From contig JBIQJB010000009.1 in the NCBI GenBank assembly GCA_044507735.1, forward strand, positions 8,746-72,745: a stretch of 64,000 bases of DNA, read 5' to 3'. A model generated the notes under the pieces. That model made no database searches. It saw only the letters and a program-made list of their open reading frames with translations, and had not been told where the DNA came from. Position numbers and translations under genes: made by a program. How positions within the stretch are numbered: position 1 is the stretch's first letter; each line of letters opens with the position of its first letter. This DNA comes from Nitrosopumilales archaeon (GTDB lineage: Archaea; Thermoproteota; Nitrososphaeria; Nitrososphaerales; Nitrososphaeraceae). Shown in pieces: positions 63,874 through 64,000 of this stretch.

Positions 63874-64000
63874 GCGGGGGTCGCCAAGCCCGGTCAACGG
63901 CGTGAGATCAAATTCTGATTGACACGACGCTCAGATGTTGATGATAACAGTCTGATGACTGGGACACCTCATTCCTTAGGGATTCGTGGGTTCAAATCCC
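63874..64000 (+). tRNA. tRNA-Leu (anticodon probably CAG) with two introns, truncated by the window end
   Basis: GCGGGGGTCGCCAAGCCCGGTCAACGGCG, long variable arm and GGTTCAAATCCC; introns at 63907-63928 and 63936-63965. Confidence 0.85.

Overview
This 64 kb window comes from an ammonia-oxidising archaeon, most likely Nitrososphaera or a close relative (inferred from gene content: TFB, thermosome, Csl4, Cdc48, aIF-2beta, zinc-ferredoxin, Amt, cupredoxin, many small Zn-finger genes and intron-containing tRNAs). Most of 14-51 kb and 57-64 kb is housekeeping: pdaD, folP, guaB, thermosome, pheA, csl4, cdc48, lysA, a his operon, hmgA, amt, trxA, grpE-dnaK-dnaJ-hsp20, tRNA-Ser and tRNA-Leu. Accessory material clusters in four places. 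At 0-13.7 kb there is a CARF-like/wHTH regulator divergent from a PIN nuclease + Zn-finger operon, an extra TFB, an MBL di-iron protein, an unannotated C-terminal fragment of the T6SS tube protein Hcp, a NarX-like sensor kinase with a response regulator, a duplicated DxxxH/H membrane protein paired with a putative N-terminal-His exported protein, S2P, Dps and a tnpB remnant. At 23.3-25.5 kb there is a micro-ORF island, including a wHTH gene that apparently starts at CTG. At 31.4-33.2 kb there is a structured RNA candidate and a cupredoxin/wHTH locus with a repeated operator. At 51.7-57.1 kb there are UDP-sulfoquinovose synthase, a degenerate deacetylase, a processive GT2 and an orphan DNA methyltransferase. 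No CRISPR array or rRNA was seen. All family assignments come from recognising motifs by eye; no database search was run.
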